Part shown: one piece after another, positions 39,526-50,200 of the stretch
Numbering within the stretch: position 1 is the stretch's first letter
Layout of the letters: the number at the start of each line of letters is the position of its first letter
Position numbers and translations under genes: made by a program
Source of the DNA: an uncultured Chloroflexia bacterium
GTDB lineage: Bacteria > Chloroflexota > Anaerolineae > CG2-30-64-16
DNA length: 64,000 nucleotides
Direction: 5' to 3'
Assembly (NCBI GenBank): GCA_963774265.1
Contig: CAVZDU010000006.1
Location: 64,001 to 128,000 of the forward strand
Notes under the pieces: model-generated
The model's input: the letters and a program-made list of their open reading frames with translations, nothing else
What the model was told of the DNA's origin: nothing
The model's database searches: none

Positions 39526-41329
39526 ATGAGAGCATCAACAACCCAGACCGTGAGACTCCTGGCCAGCGCGGCCCTCGTGGGCCTGGCCTTGCTGGTCTTC
39601 TTGCTCTTCCCAGCCGCCATATCACACGCCGAGAGCAACATGCAGGCCGGTGGATGCGACGGTTACTATTATACCGTAAGAACCGGCGATTCATGGTCTA
39701 TCATCTCGCGGCGCGTCGGCGTATCCGTTACAACTCTTAAGCTGACAAATCCCCAGGCAATGCGCCGATACGATTGGGTGCTCATCGGCGAGAAGCTGTG
39801 CGTGCCGACCAAGCCGGGGACCCCGCAGGCCGATGCGACAAAGATCCCGGTGCCGCAGGGCGGGGAGTGGTACAAGGTCAGGCGAGGTGACACCTGGAAC
39901 TCAGTGGCACGCGCACACGATTTATCGGTTGCCGAGTTGTGGGCCGCCAATCCCGATGCCGTGAACGCGAAGCAGTGGCTGTACGTCGGCCAGCGCCTGT
40001 GGCTCCCGGGGCCGGCCACCGCCACGCCCGGAGCGACGATCGAGGCCGCGGTCACCGCCACCGCGACAGCGGCTGTCGCGGTAACGGCTGAAGCAGCAGT
40101 CACGCCGCTAGTTGCGGAGGCAACGCCGACACCCACGGCCACCGAACCTGCCCCCGCGACCGCCACATCGACGGTCAGCCCCTCAGCCACCCCGACACCC
40201 CTGCCGGCAGTCGAGGCAACGGCTACCCCCGCGGCCACCGCCACGGCCACTGCGGAAACGCTGCCGTCCATCCCGGAAAACTGCCCGGAGGCGTTGGAAG
40301 ACTACGGCGATGCAGTCCTGGCCTATCTGAACGACGAGGCCCATACGGCCGGGACTCTGCAGACGTGGCTGGAGGCCTGCGGCGTGCTCGCGGCCGAGCA
40401 GCAGGGCGTCGTACGTCGCGGCCATCACCGGGGCGAAAAGCGAGGATGTGGTCGTGACCGTCACCGACCCGGCCGCGAAGCCGCTCTCCAAACAGGGACA
40501 GCTATTGATCTACCACGAGGGTGCGGAAGGCTACAGCCTGGCGCACCAGGTCGAGGGCGTGGGTCGCATCGCGCTCCTGGAGGCTGCAGACATCAACGCG
40601 GATAAGAAATTCGACCTGGCCTACAGCGACACGAGTTGTGGCGCGCACACCTGCTTCGCGACGCTGTCCGTGATCTCCTGGGATGGCAAGGCGTATGCGG
40701 ACTGGATCGCGGATGACCCGACCATTGCGGGGCCGGAGTACACCTTCAAAGACGTGTCGGCCCTTGGCCAGGGCGAAGAGATCCTCGTCCATGGCGGCGT
40801 GATCGGATCGCTGGGTGCGGGACCGCAGCGTGCGTGGACCGAGACCTACGCCTCGGCCAAGGGTGGGGAGTACGCGCTCCTGTCGCGTGTTTACGACCCA
40901 TCCACCTGTCTCTACCACAAGATCCTGGACGCCAACACAGCCTTCGACGCCTGGGCACTGGATGGGTTTGGCGCGGCGATCGATCTGTACACGGCCGCCC
41001 TGGCCGACGAGAAGGCTGAGGCATGCGGAACGATCGAGGATGAGATTGCCACGCTGCAGGACTTCGCGCGCTTCCGGCTGATCGTGGCCGAGGTTGCTGC
41101 GGGCGAGGCAGGCAACGCGACCAGCTTCGTGACCGACATCAAGCATACCGGGCTCCGCGCGGCGGCCAATGCGTTCCTGACCTCTTACAGCACGACGGGC
41201 AGCGTGATCCAGGCCTGCCGCGATACCACGAAGCTGGCCGAGTCGGATCCGTCGTCGTGGAACTTCCTGGCCGACTGGGGCTATGCCAACCCCAGCCTCA
41301 CCGCCGGGGAATTGTGCCCGCTGAATTAG
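39526..41329 (+). CDS. Secreted LysM-domain protein with Thr/Ala/Pro linker and uncharacterised C-terminal domain; frameshift near 40420
   Basis: YTVRTGDSWSII..L..NP..IGEKLCVP and YKVRRGDTWNSVAR..LWAANP..VGQRLWLP; AAGGAG RBS. Confidence 0.8.
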
Positions 41330-41349
41330 GGACCGACTGAGGGAGTGGT

Positions 41350-41381
41350 AAAGGCGGGAGGCCCCTTAGCCTCCCGCCTTT
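41350..41381. terminator. Bidirectional terminator between convergent genes
   Basis: AAAGGCGGGAGGC-ccctta-GCCTCCCGCCTTT. Confidence 0.75.
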
Positions 41382-41383
41382 GC

Positions 41384-41904
41384 TTAATCGGCGGCGCTCC
41401 CGGCCAACAGAGACTGATAGATCTCGAGATCACGGCGCGAGAAACAGCAGAACACCACTTCCTCCAGCGTCGACGGCCCGGTGAGCGCGTCGCGCACCGT
41501 GTCGACGGCAACCCGAGCCGCCAGCTCGATGGGGTATCCATACACCCCGGTGCTGATGCTCGGGAACGCGATCGAGCGAAGCCCGTGCTCTACAGCAATG
41601 GCCAGGCTGTTGCGGTAGCAGGACGCGAGGAGCTCCGGCTCGCCAGCGCGTGCCGCCATGCCACACGGGACCCACCGCGTGGATGACAAACCGCGCAGGC
41701 AGGCGATAGCCGCGCGTGAGTTTCGCCTCACCGGTCCGGCATCCACCGAGCAGCCGGCACTCGGCAAGCAGCTCCGGTCCCGCCAGCGCGGTGGATTGCA
41801 CCGTCGACGCCACCCCCACCGAGGAGCGATGTATTGGCCGCATTGACGATCGCATCGACCGCTAGGGTGGTGATGTCGGCCTGAAGGGCCCCTAATCTGG
41901 TCAT
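41384..41904 (-). CDS. ymdB: Macro-domain O-acetyl-ADP-ribose deacetylase; frameshifts
   Basis: [33 protein letters not shown]; VIHAVGPVW; [15 protein letters not shown]. Confidence 0.9.
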
Positions 41905-41977
41905 CGAATCGCCTCCTTTCAGGCGCCTGGACAACGCAGCCAACCGGTGGTAGGCTCGTGCGATCCGACCGGCAAGG

Positions 41978-43279
41978 ATGAGTCCCGTGAGCGGACCCAA
42001 AGGCCTCCCGCAGGCTGCGCAGCCTGCCTCGCCGTCCCGAGTGGTGCTCCTGCTCGGAATCGGCACCGCAGTCTCACTGTTGGGGGACAGCACCCTCTAC
42101 ACTGTGCTGCCGCGGCCGGAGATCGCGGCACAGGCCGGGGTAAGCCTGGGCATGGTCGGGGTGCTGCTGGGCGCAAACCGGGTCGTGCGCCTGCTGACCA
42201 ACGGCCTGGCCGGCATGCTCTACGACCGCCTGCCGCGGCGCCGCGTGCTGGCGGCCTCCCTCTTCCTGGGCGCGATCTCCACCCTCATCTTTGCCATCGG
42301 CCGCGGCCCCGGCCCTCTGCTGATCTCGCGGCTGCTGTGGGGCACGGCCTGGTCTGGCATCTGGGTGGGCGGGAATGCCGCGGTGCTCGACGTCTCGTCG
42401 GCCCACAATCGCGGCCGGCTGAGCGGGCAATACCAGATGTGGTTCTTCCTCGGCGCGGGAGGCGCAGCGCTGTTCGGCGGCGTCATGACCGACCTCCTGG
42501 GCTTTCACCGGGGGCTCCTGATCGGCGGCGGCTTGACGGTGCTTGCCGCGCTGCTCTGGCTGCTCGTCCTCCCCGACCTGAATCCGGCGCGGGCAGAAGC
42601 GGGAGGCGCGGGCCATATTCTTCCCGCGAAAGACGGTCCGCCGGGTGAACCGTTTCCCTGGCCGGCCGCCATCTTCACTGCCGTCCCCATGTTCGTGACC
42701 CGGTTCGTTTTCGCCGGGGTCATCACGGCCACCGCCATCCTGTGGCTGACCGGACTGCTGGGCGACGGGCTGTCGCTGGCCGGGCAGGCCGTGCCCATTG
42801 CCACGCTGACCGGAGCATTTGTGGCGCTGCGCGCGCTGTTCGGCGTCCTCGGGGCCAGGGGGGCAGGTCACCTGTCGGACCTGGCCGGCCGTCGTTGGTT
42901 GGTGGCTGCGGGGGTCATGCTGGCCGGCGCAGCAGGCGTCGCGCTGGCGGCAGGCCGCAACCCCCCGGCTGCCCTGACCGGAGGGTTGGTGGCTGCGATC
43001 GCGGCGGGCGGCGTGCAGGCCCTGGTCCCGGCCATCGCCGGGGACCGCATCCGGGCCAGCCAGCGCGGCCGCGTGCTCAGCGTGGTCTACACCCTGGGTG
43101 ACCTGGGCAGCGCGCTCGGCCCGCCGCTGGCCCTGGGGCTGATCCAATGGCTTCCGGCCGCGGCGGCCCCGGTCGCCACCCTTTACCGGCTTTGCGCGAT
43201 CCTGCTGGTCCTCACGGTCGTCTTTGCGCTGTGGCGCGCAGGAGCCGAACGGCAGGGCGAGGCGCTGCGAACCACCTGA
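41978..43279 (+). CDS. MFS transporter
   Basis: About 12 TM segments; motif [12 protein letters not shown] and [10 protein letters not shown]; [15 protein letters not shown]. Confidence 0.88.
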   Translation: MSPVSGPKGLPQAAQPASPSRVVLLLGIGTAVSLLGDSTLYTVLPRPEIAAQAGVSLGMVGVLLGANRVVRLLTNGLAGMLYDRLPRRRVLAASLFLGAISTLIFAIGRGPGPLLISRLLWGTAWSGIWVGGNAAVLDVSSAHNRGRLSGQYQMWFFLGAGGAALFGGVMTDLLGFHRGLLIGGGLTVLAALLWLLVLPDLNPARAEAGGAGHILPAKDGPPGEPFPWPAAIFTAVPMFVTRFVFAGVITATAILWLTGLLGDGLSLAGQAVPIATLTGAFVALRALFGVLGARGAGHLSDLAGRRWLVAAGVMLAGAAGVALAAGRNPPAALTGGLVAAIAAGGVQALVPAIAGDRIRASQRGRVLSVVYTLGDLGSALGPPLALGLIQWLPAAAAPVATLYRLCAILLVLTVVFALWRAGAERQGEALRTT

Positions 43280-43348
43280 TCGAATGCGTCGCCTTGCACG
43301 GAGTCAGCCTTTGTCCCGTCCCGGCAGCCGGCTAACAATCCCTCGCGA

Positions 43349-46300
43349 TCACCGGGTCATGAGCGGCAAATACTGCCATGGCGCGACGACCAACACATCC
43401 AGTGTGGCGGAGTTATTGCCGGGCGCGCTGTCGTTGACGCTTTGCAGCACCTCGGCGTACAGCCGGTGCGGCCCGAGCTCGGTCGGCACCCAGTCAACCC
43501 AGACCGAGGTGCCCTCAGGGTCAGTGTTGCCGGTGGAAACCCGCTTGGACGCGATCAGCACGCCGTCCAGGTCCGGGTCGCCATCGTAGAGCATCACGTA
43601 GGTTGAGTCGAGATTCCGCGTTTCTGAAGTGATCGTGATGCGAACGGGCAGCGGCCGGTTGAGACGCGCCCGGACGCTGCCGGTAACGATCTGACCCTGC
43701 ATGTCGACGGCCGCCACTCCATCTTCCGGCATGCCGACATGGTCCGGGATCACCGCGCCCGGCAGACCTCGCCCGATCCGCGAGACCCTGACCGTGCTCC
43801 AGCCCTCGTTGTTCTGGCCCGGATCGATGCAGGTCCCGTCCAGGCAGTACTCAGGCTCCTCCGTCCCGTTGGCCGGGGTGTCGTAGGTCTCCGTAACGAG
43901 GTTGTCCGGATCGAGTCGCACGTAGATCCGGTACTCCTGCACATTGCCGCCCGAAGCCCCCGTCGTGTCCCATTCAACCCAGGCGGTCACCATCTCCTGC
44001 GAGGGGATCTGGGGCAGGGCGTAGCAGCCGATCTTGTTCGCAGGATCCGACAGCAGGTCGAGCTCCACGCGGTTGGCGTCGTCGAAGCGAATCTTGTAGA
44101 AACAAGCCTGGGCGCCATAGGGCGTCGTCGCGTAGTCTCCTACGCTGTAGTTGTAAACGCGGGTTTCCAGGCGCACGGTTGCGCCATCTTTCACATCGCC
44201 CGGGATATGGTCGTATTCGTTCGTCACCGGGTTGATCAGGCTCGTGCGCACGAAGAAACCGCGCATCTGTTTTCGGCTGGGGAAAGTGTTCACCTGCCAG
44301 TTGTCATCCTGGACGGTATAAAAGCGGGCCGGCAGGTTCAGCGCCAGGTCCGGCAGCTTGTACGTGTCGCGCCAGAAAGTCTGCCCGTAACTGCTCCTCG
44401 TGGGATCCACGGCGAACATCGCCTTGATGGTGCCGTCGGTGGTCGTGTAGATCAATGGATAGAAAGCGTAGGCGTAGATGCTGGCGCCGGGCGTCTGGTT
44501 CAGATAGATCCCGGTGGTTTTGCTGGTGAGGTAACTGCTGGTCGCATTATTGCCCCAACTGTAGTTCCCGTGCATCTCGACCCCAAGCTCTCCGGTCGCA
44601 GTCAGGCCGCTGCCGAAAGCCTCCGCGGTCACCGAGGCCGACTGGCTGATGGAAGCATTTGCGCTGAGCGTGTGGGAGGAGCTGTATTCGGCGCCGGTCT
44701 CGCCCGCCTGTGTGAAGGTGAGCGGCAGCTCGCCGCTGCTCCCGCCGGTTATCCACTCGCTGGGTGGATACATGAATTCGGAGACGACCGTGCCATTCGC
44801 CGCGAACGCGCCCATGTCGGGTGGGGTGACGATGTTCGGGTTGTCGCCGCCGGTGATTTTGAAGCGCCTGGGATACGATAGAATGTTGCCGTTCTCGTGG
44901 ATCGGCTGGTACCAGTCGTAGTCGAGCCCCCCGCCCTTCGTATTCATCGCGACTTCGCCGAACGGGCCCGGCAGCACGATATCGAAGTGCGGATAGACGC
45001 CCGGCGTCTCGGTGGGCAGCCCGTAGACGCGGTAGCGCCAGATATCCATGGTCTGCTCCCGGGCCACGATAATGTCATCGCGTTCGGTCTTGCCGCCGAA
45101 GCTCACTTCCCGCGTCTTATAGCTCTTCTCGTAGCTGCCACGCGCGTTCTGGTAATCGTAGCCGATGGTTGCCGACACCGCGGTGGTCACCGATACCTCA
45201 GCCTTGGCCACGCCAATGTCCCCACCCGCCTTGGCCGTTGCGCTCGCGGATGCCTTCACCGAGCCGCCGACTGCCCACGACGCCTTGTCGCGGGTGTCAC
45301 TGCTGGTCTGTTGCCCCGTCTTGCTGAGCAGCGATACGTTGAAATTGTCGAAGCGGCTGATGTTTTCGATCTTCTTGCCGTCCCAGTAGGCGTGTTTGGG
45401 CGGCTCCTGCAAGATGAAGTCCGCGCTGATCAGCTTCTCGATCGTGAAGTGCACCGGCGCACCCAGGTACACCGTGTCTCCGTCGCTGTCCACGGCACTC
45501 AGCGCCAGCTGGGATCCCAGGGTCGCGGCAAAGGTGGTTGTGCTCTCCACGAAGGACTGGCGGACCGGCGCAGCACCGGGCGCAGTCTGGAATACGGACA
45601 GGTACCAGTTCGTGCCTTGCCAGGTTGCCAGCGCCAGGGACCAGGTTGGGTCGCTCGGTCTGAGCGCGCCACGGAAGCCGCCCGCTGCAATCCGGAACCC
45701 CCCATTCGGGTCCTGGCCCGGCAGCTGCCAGGGCGGGTTCACCGTCGCGAGGAGGTCGGTCTGCAGCTCGATGGTCCTGACTTCGACAACCCCCGGGACA
45801 GTACGATAGGCGACTGCCAGTTGCCGTCGGTTGGCGGTCCAGCCATCGGCCGGGTTTGCGCCGAACTTAAACAGTCCCGCGGTCAGCTCCACCCGCCCGG
45901 TCGCGCCGTCGATGGCGCCCGTCCTGAGGATGATGTTTCGAACGGGGGTGACGGACAGGAAGGCGTCGCCCGTGAACCGGAAGATCCGCACGTTCACGTC
46001 TCGCCGATTCAGCGGCGAGTAGTAATAGGAGGTGGCAATCGCCAGATCGGCCCGGCCATCACCATCGAAATCGCCCGCTGCAGCCGAGAGCGCAGCAAAA
46101 GAACCGCTGGTGTCCAGCTTGACGGAACTCTTGCCCACAACGGACAGCGATCTCGACACCACCACACCTGTGGCCGGATTGCGCGTCACGGTGTAGCGAA
46201 ACACGTCGATATACAGCGTATCGGGTGCAACCACGTATGCCACCGCGATCTCCTGGAGACCATTGCCATCGAAGTCGCCCGTTGCCACGGTCACCACGTT

Positions 46301-47023
46301 GTTCGGAGGGTAGGGCTTCGCGTTGGTGACGTTGGTTGCGACGGGGCTGCCGGTCGTGGAAGCCGTCGCCGATGAGACCGGGGTCGGCGTCTCCGCTGTT
46401 GCGGCGCGGAAGTCGAGGACCGCGACCTGTAAGGGCAGCAGGCCCATCGCGCTCTGCGGCTGGGCATAGGCCACCACGAGCTCATCGCGATTGTCAGCCC
46501 TCTCGGCTTCCGCAGAGGGGATGCCATCCAGGTCCCCGGATGCAATGGCATAGAAATCGGTGGAGCCGGCGAAGCGAGGCGCCAGGTTCTGCAGGGTGTA
46601 AGATGCGGCCGGATGCCCGTAGAACCGGATATCCAGGTTCGTGGCATTGCGGTACGCCAGCGCGACCGAGTCTCGCTCCGGAGTCAGGAAATGCCCCTGG
46701 GCCGCGGCGACCGCGTCGTGCTGATCGGCCGCATCGATGTGCTGGACCTCCTCCTTCAAGGCGAGCGATGAAAGGTCGCTGGCAGCCTCATAAATCCGTG
46801 AATAGGGCGCACCTCCTTCCGGCAGAAGTGGCGTCATCACGAAGATCTCATCATCCGGCCATCGAGCGTAGTTCTCAGCCGGATCGACTGCGCCAGGCCG
46901 CTCCGCCTGGGCTCCGGCTGGCAGTGGAGCTGCCAGCATGATGCAGAACATACAGATGCCGAAGACAAACAGGAGCACGTACGGATGGAGTGCACGCCCC
47001 TTGAACAATAGACCCAGGTTCAT
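43349..47023 (-). CDS. Large secreted FG-GAP/VCBS-repeat protein with Ser/Thr-rich amphipathic beta-hairpins, CARDB-like domains and C-terminal YLPLMTR
   Basis: AAGGAGG before MNLG; signal peptide; SGDLDG, TGDFDGNG..EIAVAY, AGDFDGDGRADLAIA; ILQEPPKH; IYVRLDPDN...E...NN. Confidence 0.78.
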   Translation of the reverse strand: MNLGLLFKGRALHPYVLLFVFGICMFCIMLAAPLPAGAQAERPGAVDPAENYARWPDDEIFVMTPLLPEGGAPYSRIYEAASDLSSLALKEEVQHIDAADQHDAVAAAQGHFLTPERDSVALAYRNATNLDIRFYGHPAASYTLQNLAPRFAGSTDFYAIASGDLDGIPSAEAERADNRDELVVAYAQPQSAMGLLPLQVAVLDFRAATAETPTPVSSATASTTGSPVATNVTNAKPYPPNNVVTVATGDFDGNGLQEIAVAYVVAPDTLYIDVFRYTVTRNPATGVVVSRSLSVVGKSSVKLDTSGSFAALSAAAGDFDGDGRADLAIATSYYYSPLNRRDVNVRIFRFTGDAFLSVTPVRNIILRTGAIDGATGRVELTAGLFKFGANPADGWTANRRQLAVAYRTVPGVVEVRTIELQTDLLATVNPPWQLPGQDPNGGFRIAAGGFRGALRPSDPTWSLALATWQGTNWYLSVFQTAPGAAPVRQSFVESTTTFAATLGSQLALSAVDSDGDTVYLGAPVHFTIEKLISADFILQEPPKHAYWDGKKIENISRFDNFNVSLLSKTGQQTSSDTRDKASWAVGGSVKASASATAKAGGDIGVAKAEVSVTTAVSATIGYDYQNARGSYEKSYKTREVSFGGKTERDDIIVAREQTMDIWRYRVYGLPTETPGVYPHFDIVLPGPFGEVAMNTKGGGLDYDWYQPIHENGNILSYPRRFKITGGDNPNIVTPPDMGAFAANGTVVSEFMYPPSEWITGGSSGELPLTFTQAGETGAEYSSSHTLSANASISQSASVTAEAFGSGLTATGELGVEMHGNYSWGNNATSSYLTSKTTGIYLNQTPGASIYAYAFYPLIYTTTDGTIKAMFAVDPTRSSYGQTFWRDTYKLPDLALNLPARFYTVQDDNWQVNTFPSRKQMRGFFVRTSLINPVTNEYDHIPGDVKDGATVRLETRVYNYSVGDYATTPYGAQACFYKIRFDDANRVELDLLSDPANKIGCYALPQIPSQEMVTAWVEWDTTGASGGNVQEYRIYVRLDPDNLVTETYDTPANGTEEPEYCLDGTCIDPGQNNEGWSTVRVSRIGRGLPGAVIPDHVGMPEDGVAAVDMQGQIVTGSVRARLNRPLPVRITITSETRNLDSTYVMLYDGDPDLDGVLIASKRVSTGNTDPEGTSVWVDWVPTELGPHRLYAEVLQSVNDSAPGNNSATLDVLVVAPWQYLPLMTR

Positions 47024-47152
47024 GGTTGCCTCCTTGGCGCGAACGCTTGCTTGCACTTCTCTCAGTGTACACCCGTTTGTCCGGTTTGGATACAGCGAAT
47101 TGCGAAATCTGGCGCATGCGCGTCCACGATCTGTTTCAAGAGGAGTATTGGC

Positions 47153-47186
47153 GCAGTCACCGGAAGGTTGCACTCCCGGTGACTGC
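47153..47186 (-). terminator. Stem-loop after the vWA gene
   Basis: GCAGTCACCGG...CCGGTGACTGC, no strong U-tract. Confidence 0.45.
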
Positions 47187-47200
47187 TCAGCGGGGATGCA

Positions 47201-50200
47201 CTACTGCCTGATGACCAACGGCAGATACACTGTGGACCCTGCCGCAGTCCCATAGATGCCGCCGCCGACAATCTCGCCATCGACGCGCTGCACGACTCCC
47301 AATGACGTCGCGTCGCCCGGCGCCGCCCCGAGCTCCAGCCTCAAGGACCCCGACTCCCCGGCGCCCAGCGGGATCCGGCCGAGCGTGGCGCTGATGACCC
47401 CATGACTGCCGGAACTTCCCACATCCAGGAGCACCGCGTTGGTGCCGGGGATCAGCTGCGCACCTGAAAGATCGCCGCCCGCATCCAGCCACCGGCGGAA
47501 GAGGGTGGCATCGCCAAACTCGACCATCGCGGTGCCACCGCGTGGAAAGACCGCGGAATTGAAGCTGACATCCGCATGCGCCGGCGCTCCCTTGGGATTC
47601 GCGATGATGATGGAGCTATCGTGATGTGTGGATTCCGGGTCGAGCACGTGGATGTTGCGTTGACACAGGTTATTATCGAACGGAACCAACCCCTCATACC
47701 TCACAGGGTCTTCCGCTGAGTGCACGCGCGCCAGGAAGCAGTAGTGGCCCGAGAGCGGCGGAATCCATGGCAATGACACGACCGCCGATGCGCCAGGCGC
47801 AAGACTGGCGATGTTGGCCGTGCCGACGGGCGTCCAGCCGCCCGGCCAGGGGATCGCTGCAGCGCCTGCCGCCCAGTACAGGTCGACCGCGATCGAGGTC
47901 ATGGTGGCGGTGCCACGGTTGCGGACCCGGACGTACACGTAGTTCGTTTCGCTGCCGCGAGGGTTCTGATGCTCCTCCACACCATCGGGCAGATAGCGCA
48001 CCCAGATGTCGGGGCTCGCCCACCAGGACTCACCGCGCGTATTCGAAGGGATCGTGCCCGCGTCACCAGGATGGTCCTTGCAGAAGACATCCTTAAGTTG
48101 GGATGTAACCGTCACGCACGCGGGCGGGTAGTCCAGTTGGGCGGGGTTCCCGCTGGAGTTGGTGTAGGTCGCCCGGGTGGAGGCGTTCATGCAGAGCAGC
48201 CCCGCGGGGGTCGTGGCAGGCACCCGCACCCGGTAGCCCACCGTCTTTGTCTCGCCGCGGCCGATCACCGGGAACTTCCAGACGATCGTCTTGCCCGAGA
48301 CGCTGGCGGGGCTCACCGCGCCGAAGAAGGAACCCGGCGTCAATTCCACTCCGGCCGACAAGACGTCCGTCAGGGCCAGATCGATCGCCGGCATACCTGT
48401 CAGCGTGCCCGCGATCTGCGCATAGATCCGGTCAAGCTCATCGCTGGTGGTCGCGTAGTGGTAGTCAGACGGCGAGGAAGCCAGGCCGCGCAGCTCGGCC
48501 TCGTCGATGCTGCCCAGCCCGATGGTGATGATGCGCGTGCCCTTTGCCTTCGCTGCCGCAGCTACGGCCGACGGGCCCGGCCCGACATTATGCTGTCCAT
48601 CCGTCATCAACACGATCACAGGCCGATTGGCGCCGAAGTGCCGGATGCTCTCCAGCTCCTGTTGGGCGACCGTGAGGCCCTCGGTGATATTCGTGCTGCC
48701 ACCCGACGCCAGTGCATCGATCGCAGTGCGCACCGGCCCGGAGGACTGCGTTAGCTGGTGGTCCAATCGTGCCGAATCCCCAAAGGACACGAGGCCCGCC
48801 TGATCGCCTCCGGCGCTCAGGTCCAGCCGATCCATGAAGGCCTTGGCTGCGTTTTTGGCGTCCTGCAAAGGTTTGCCGGCCATGCTGCCCGAGCGGTCGA
48901 CCACCAACATCACATCGGCGTGCCGCTCGCTGACCGGACAATTGTCGCCTCCGGTGACGGTCAGGATCACGGTCGCTTCCTCACCGGCCTTCACCTGCTC
49001 GGGGCTGGCTTTCTTGATCCCGGTGATGGTGCAGACCGGCGAAATGGCCAGCGCATACTCCACATCCGTCTGGACGGCCGCGAGCGCATCCACCCCGAGG
49101 CGCTCGGCCGCCATGTCGAAGCGCAGCTCGGCCGGGAAGTCGCGCACGAAGTTCATGCCGGCAAACTGCTGCACGTCGGCCAGGGAGGAAACGAACCCCT
49201 GGAGTCCCCACAGCGCTGTCGGACCGCTGGCGCTGACTGCATTATAGATATCGTGCGACACGTTCCCGGCATCGTTGTGGACGGTGCTGTCGTGGCCAGG
49301 CAGGTGCGAGGTCAACACGCCATTCAACACTCTGCCGGGAGCGCCGGATTCCGCCTTGTCGTTCAGATTATCGCTGACCGCTATGCGGCGGCCTACCAGG
49401 TCGATGCCTGAGGAGGTGACGAAATGGCCGCCGACCCGCTGCCAGGTCCCGGAATCGTTCGTCCAATATCCGAGCAGCAGGAGGACGTTCTCGGAGCGGG
49501 CGACCTCTTCGGCCACCCATTCGAAGGTGGGCTTCGCCACCAGTTTGACATCGTATTGGGCGCTGAGCCCACGCTCAGCCAGGAGCGCAAGCACCGCCTG
49601 GTGCATGTCCGTAATATAGGTGCCCTCCCACGTGCCGCCGGTGCGCTGGCCGTCCGTATCCATGCGATACGCCAGGTCCGCCACCAGCGGGGGCAAGTTG
49701 CGGGGGTCGTGATCATCCCACACGGTCGCGTTGAAGGATTTCACCAGGGGATAGTTATCGTTGATCGCCGGCGGCAGGACAGGCTTGGGCTCCAGCTTCG
49801 AGTCAAACCACCACAGGCAGTCGGCCAGCGCCAATGGTCCGCAGTAAGACCAGTTGCCCGAGCGCGGATTTTTCCAGTTGTCCTGGCGAAAGTCGAAATC
49901 CGGCACGCCATTCGGGGCGTAGTCGATCCAACCTCCGGCCTTCCAGGTCATGCGCTCCGGTTCGCAGGTGGGGGGCACCGTGATGGTGTCATGTTGCCTG
50001 CCATAGACTGCGCCATCGCCCACCGCCTTGAGTTCGAAGTGATACACACCCGAAGGCGTCCCGGAGGGAACGCAGGATCCCGGACCTTGAACGTGACGGT
50101 TAGCCCGCCCGGAGGAACATCCAGGTTGACGTAGACGGGGGGCTCCGAAGTGATCCACGACTGGTAGGATGCAGGATCCGCGATGAGCTCCAGGCGGGAG

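Noticed and set aside
41384-41904. Macro domain as part of an anti-phage or toxin-antitoxin system
   Set aside because: Stand-alone YmdB-like gene with no adjacent ADP-ribosyltransferase, sirtuin or TIR gene.
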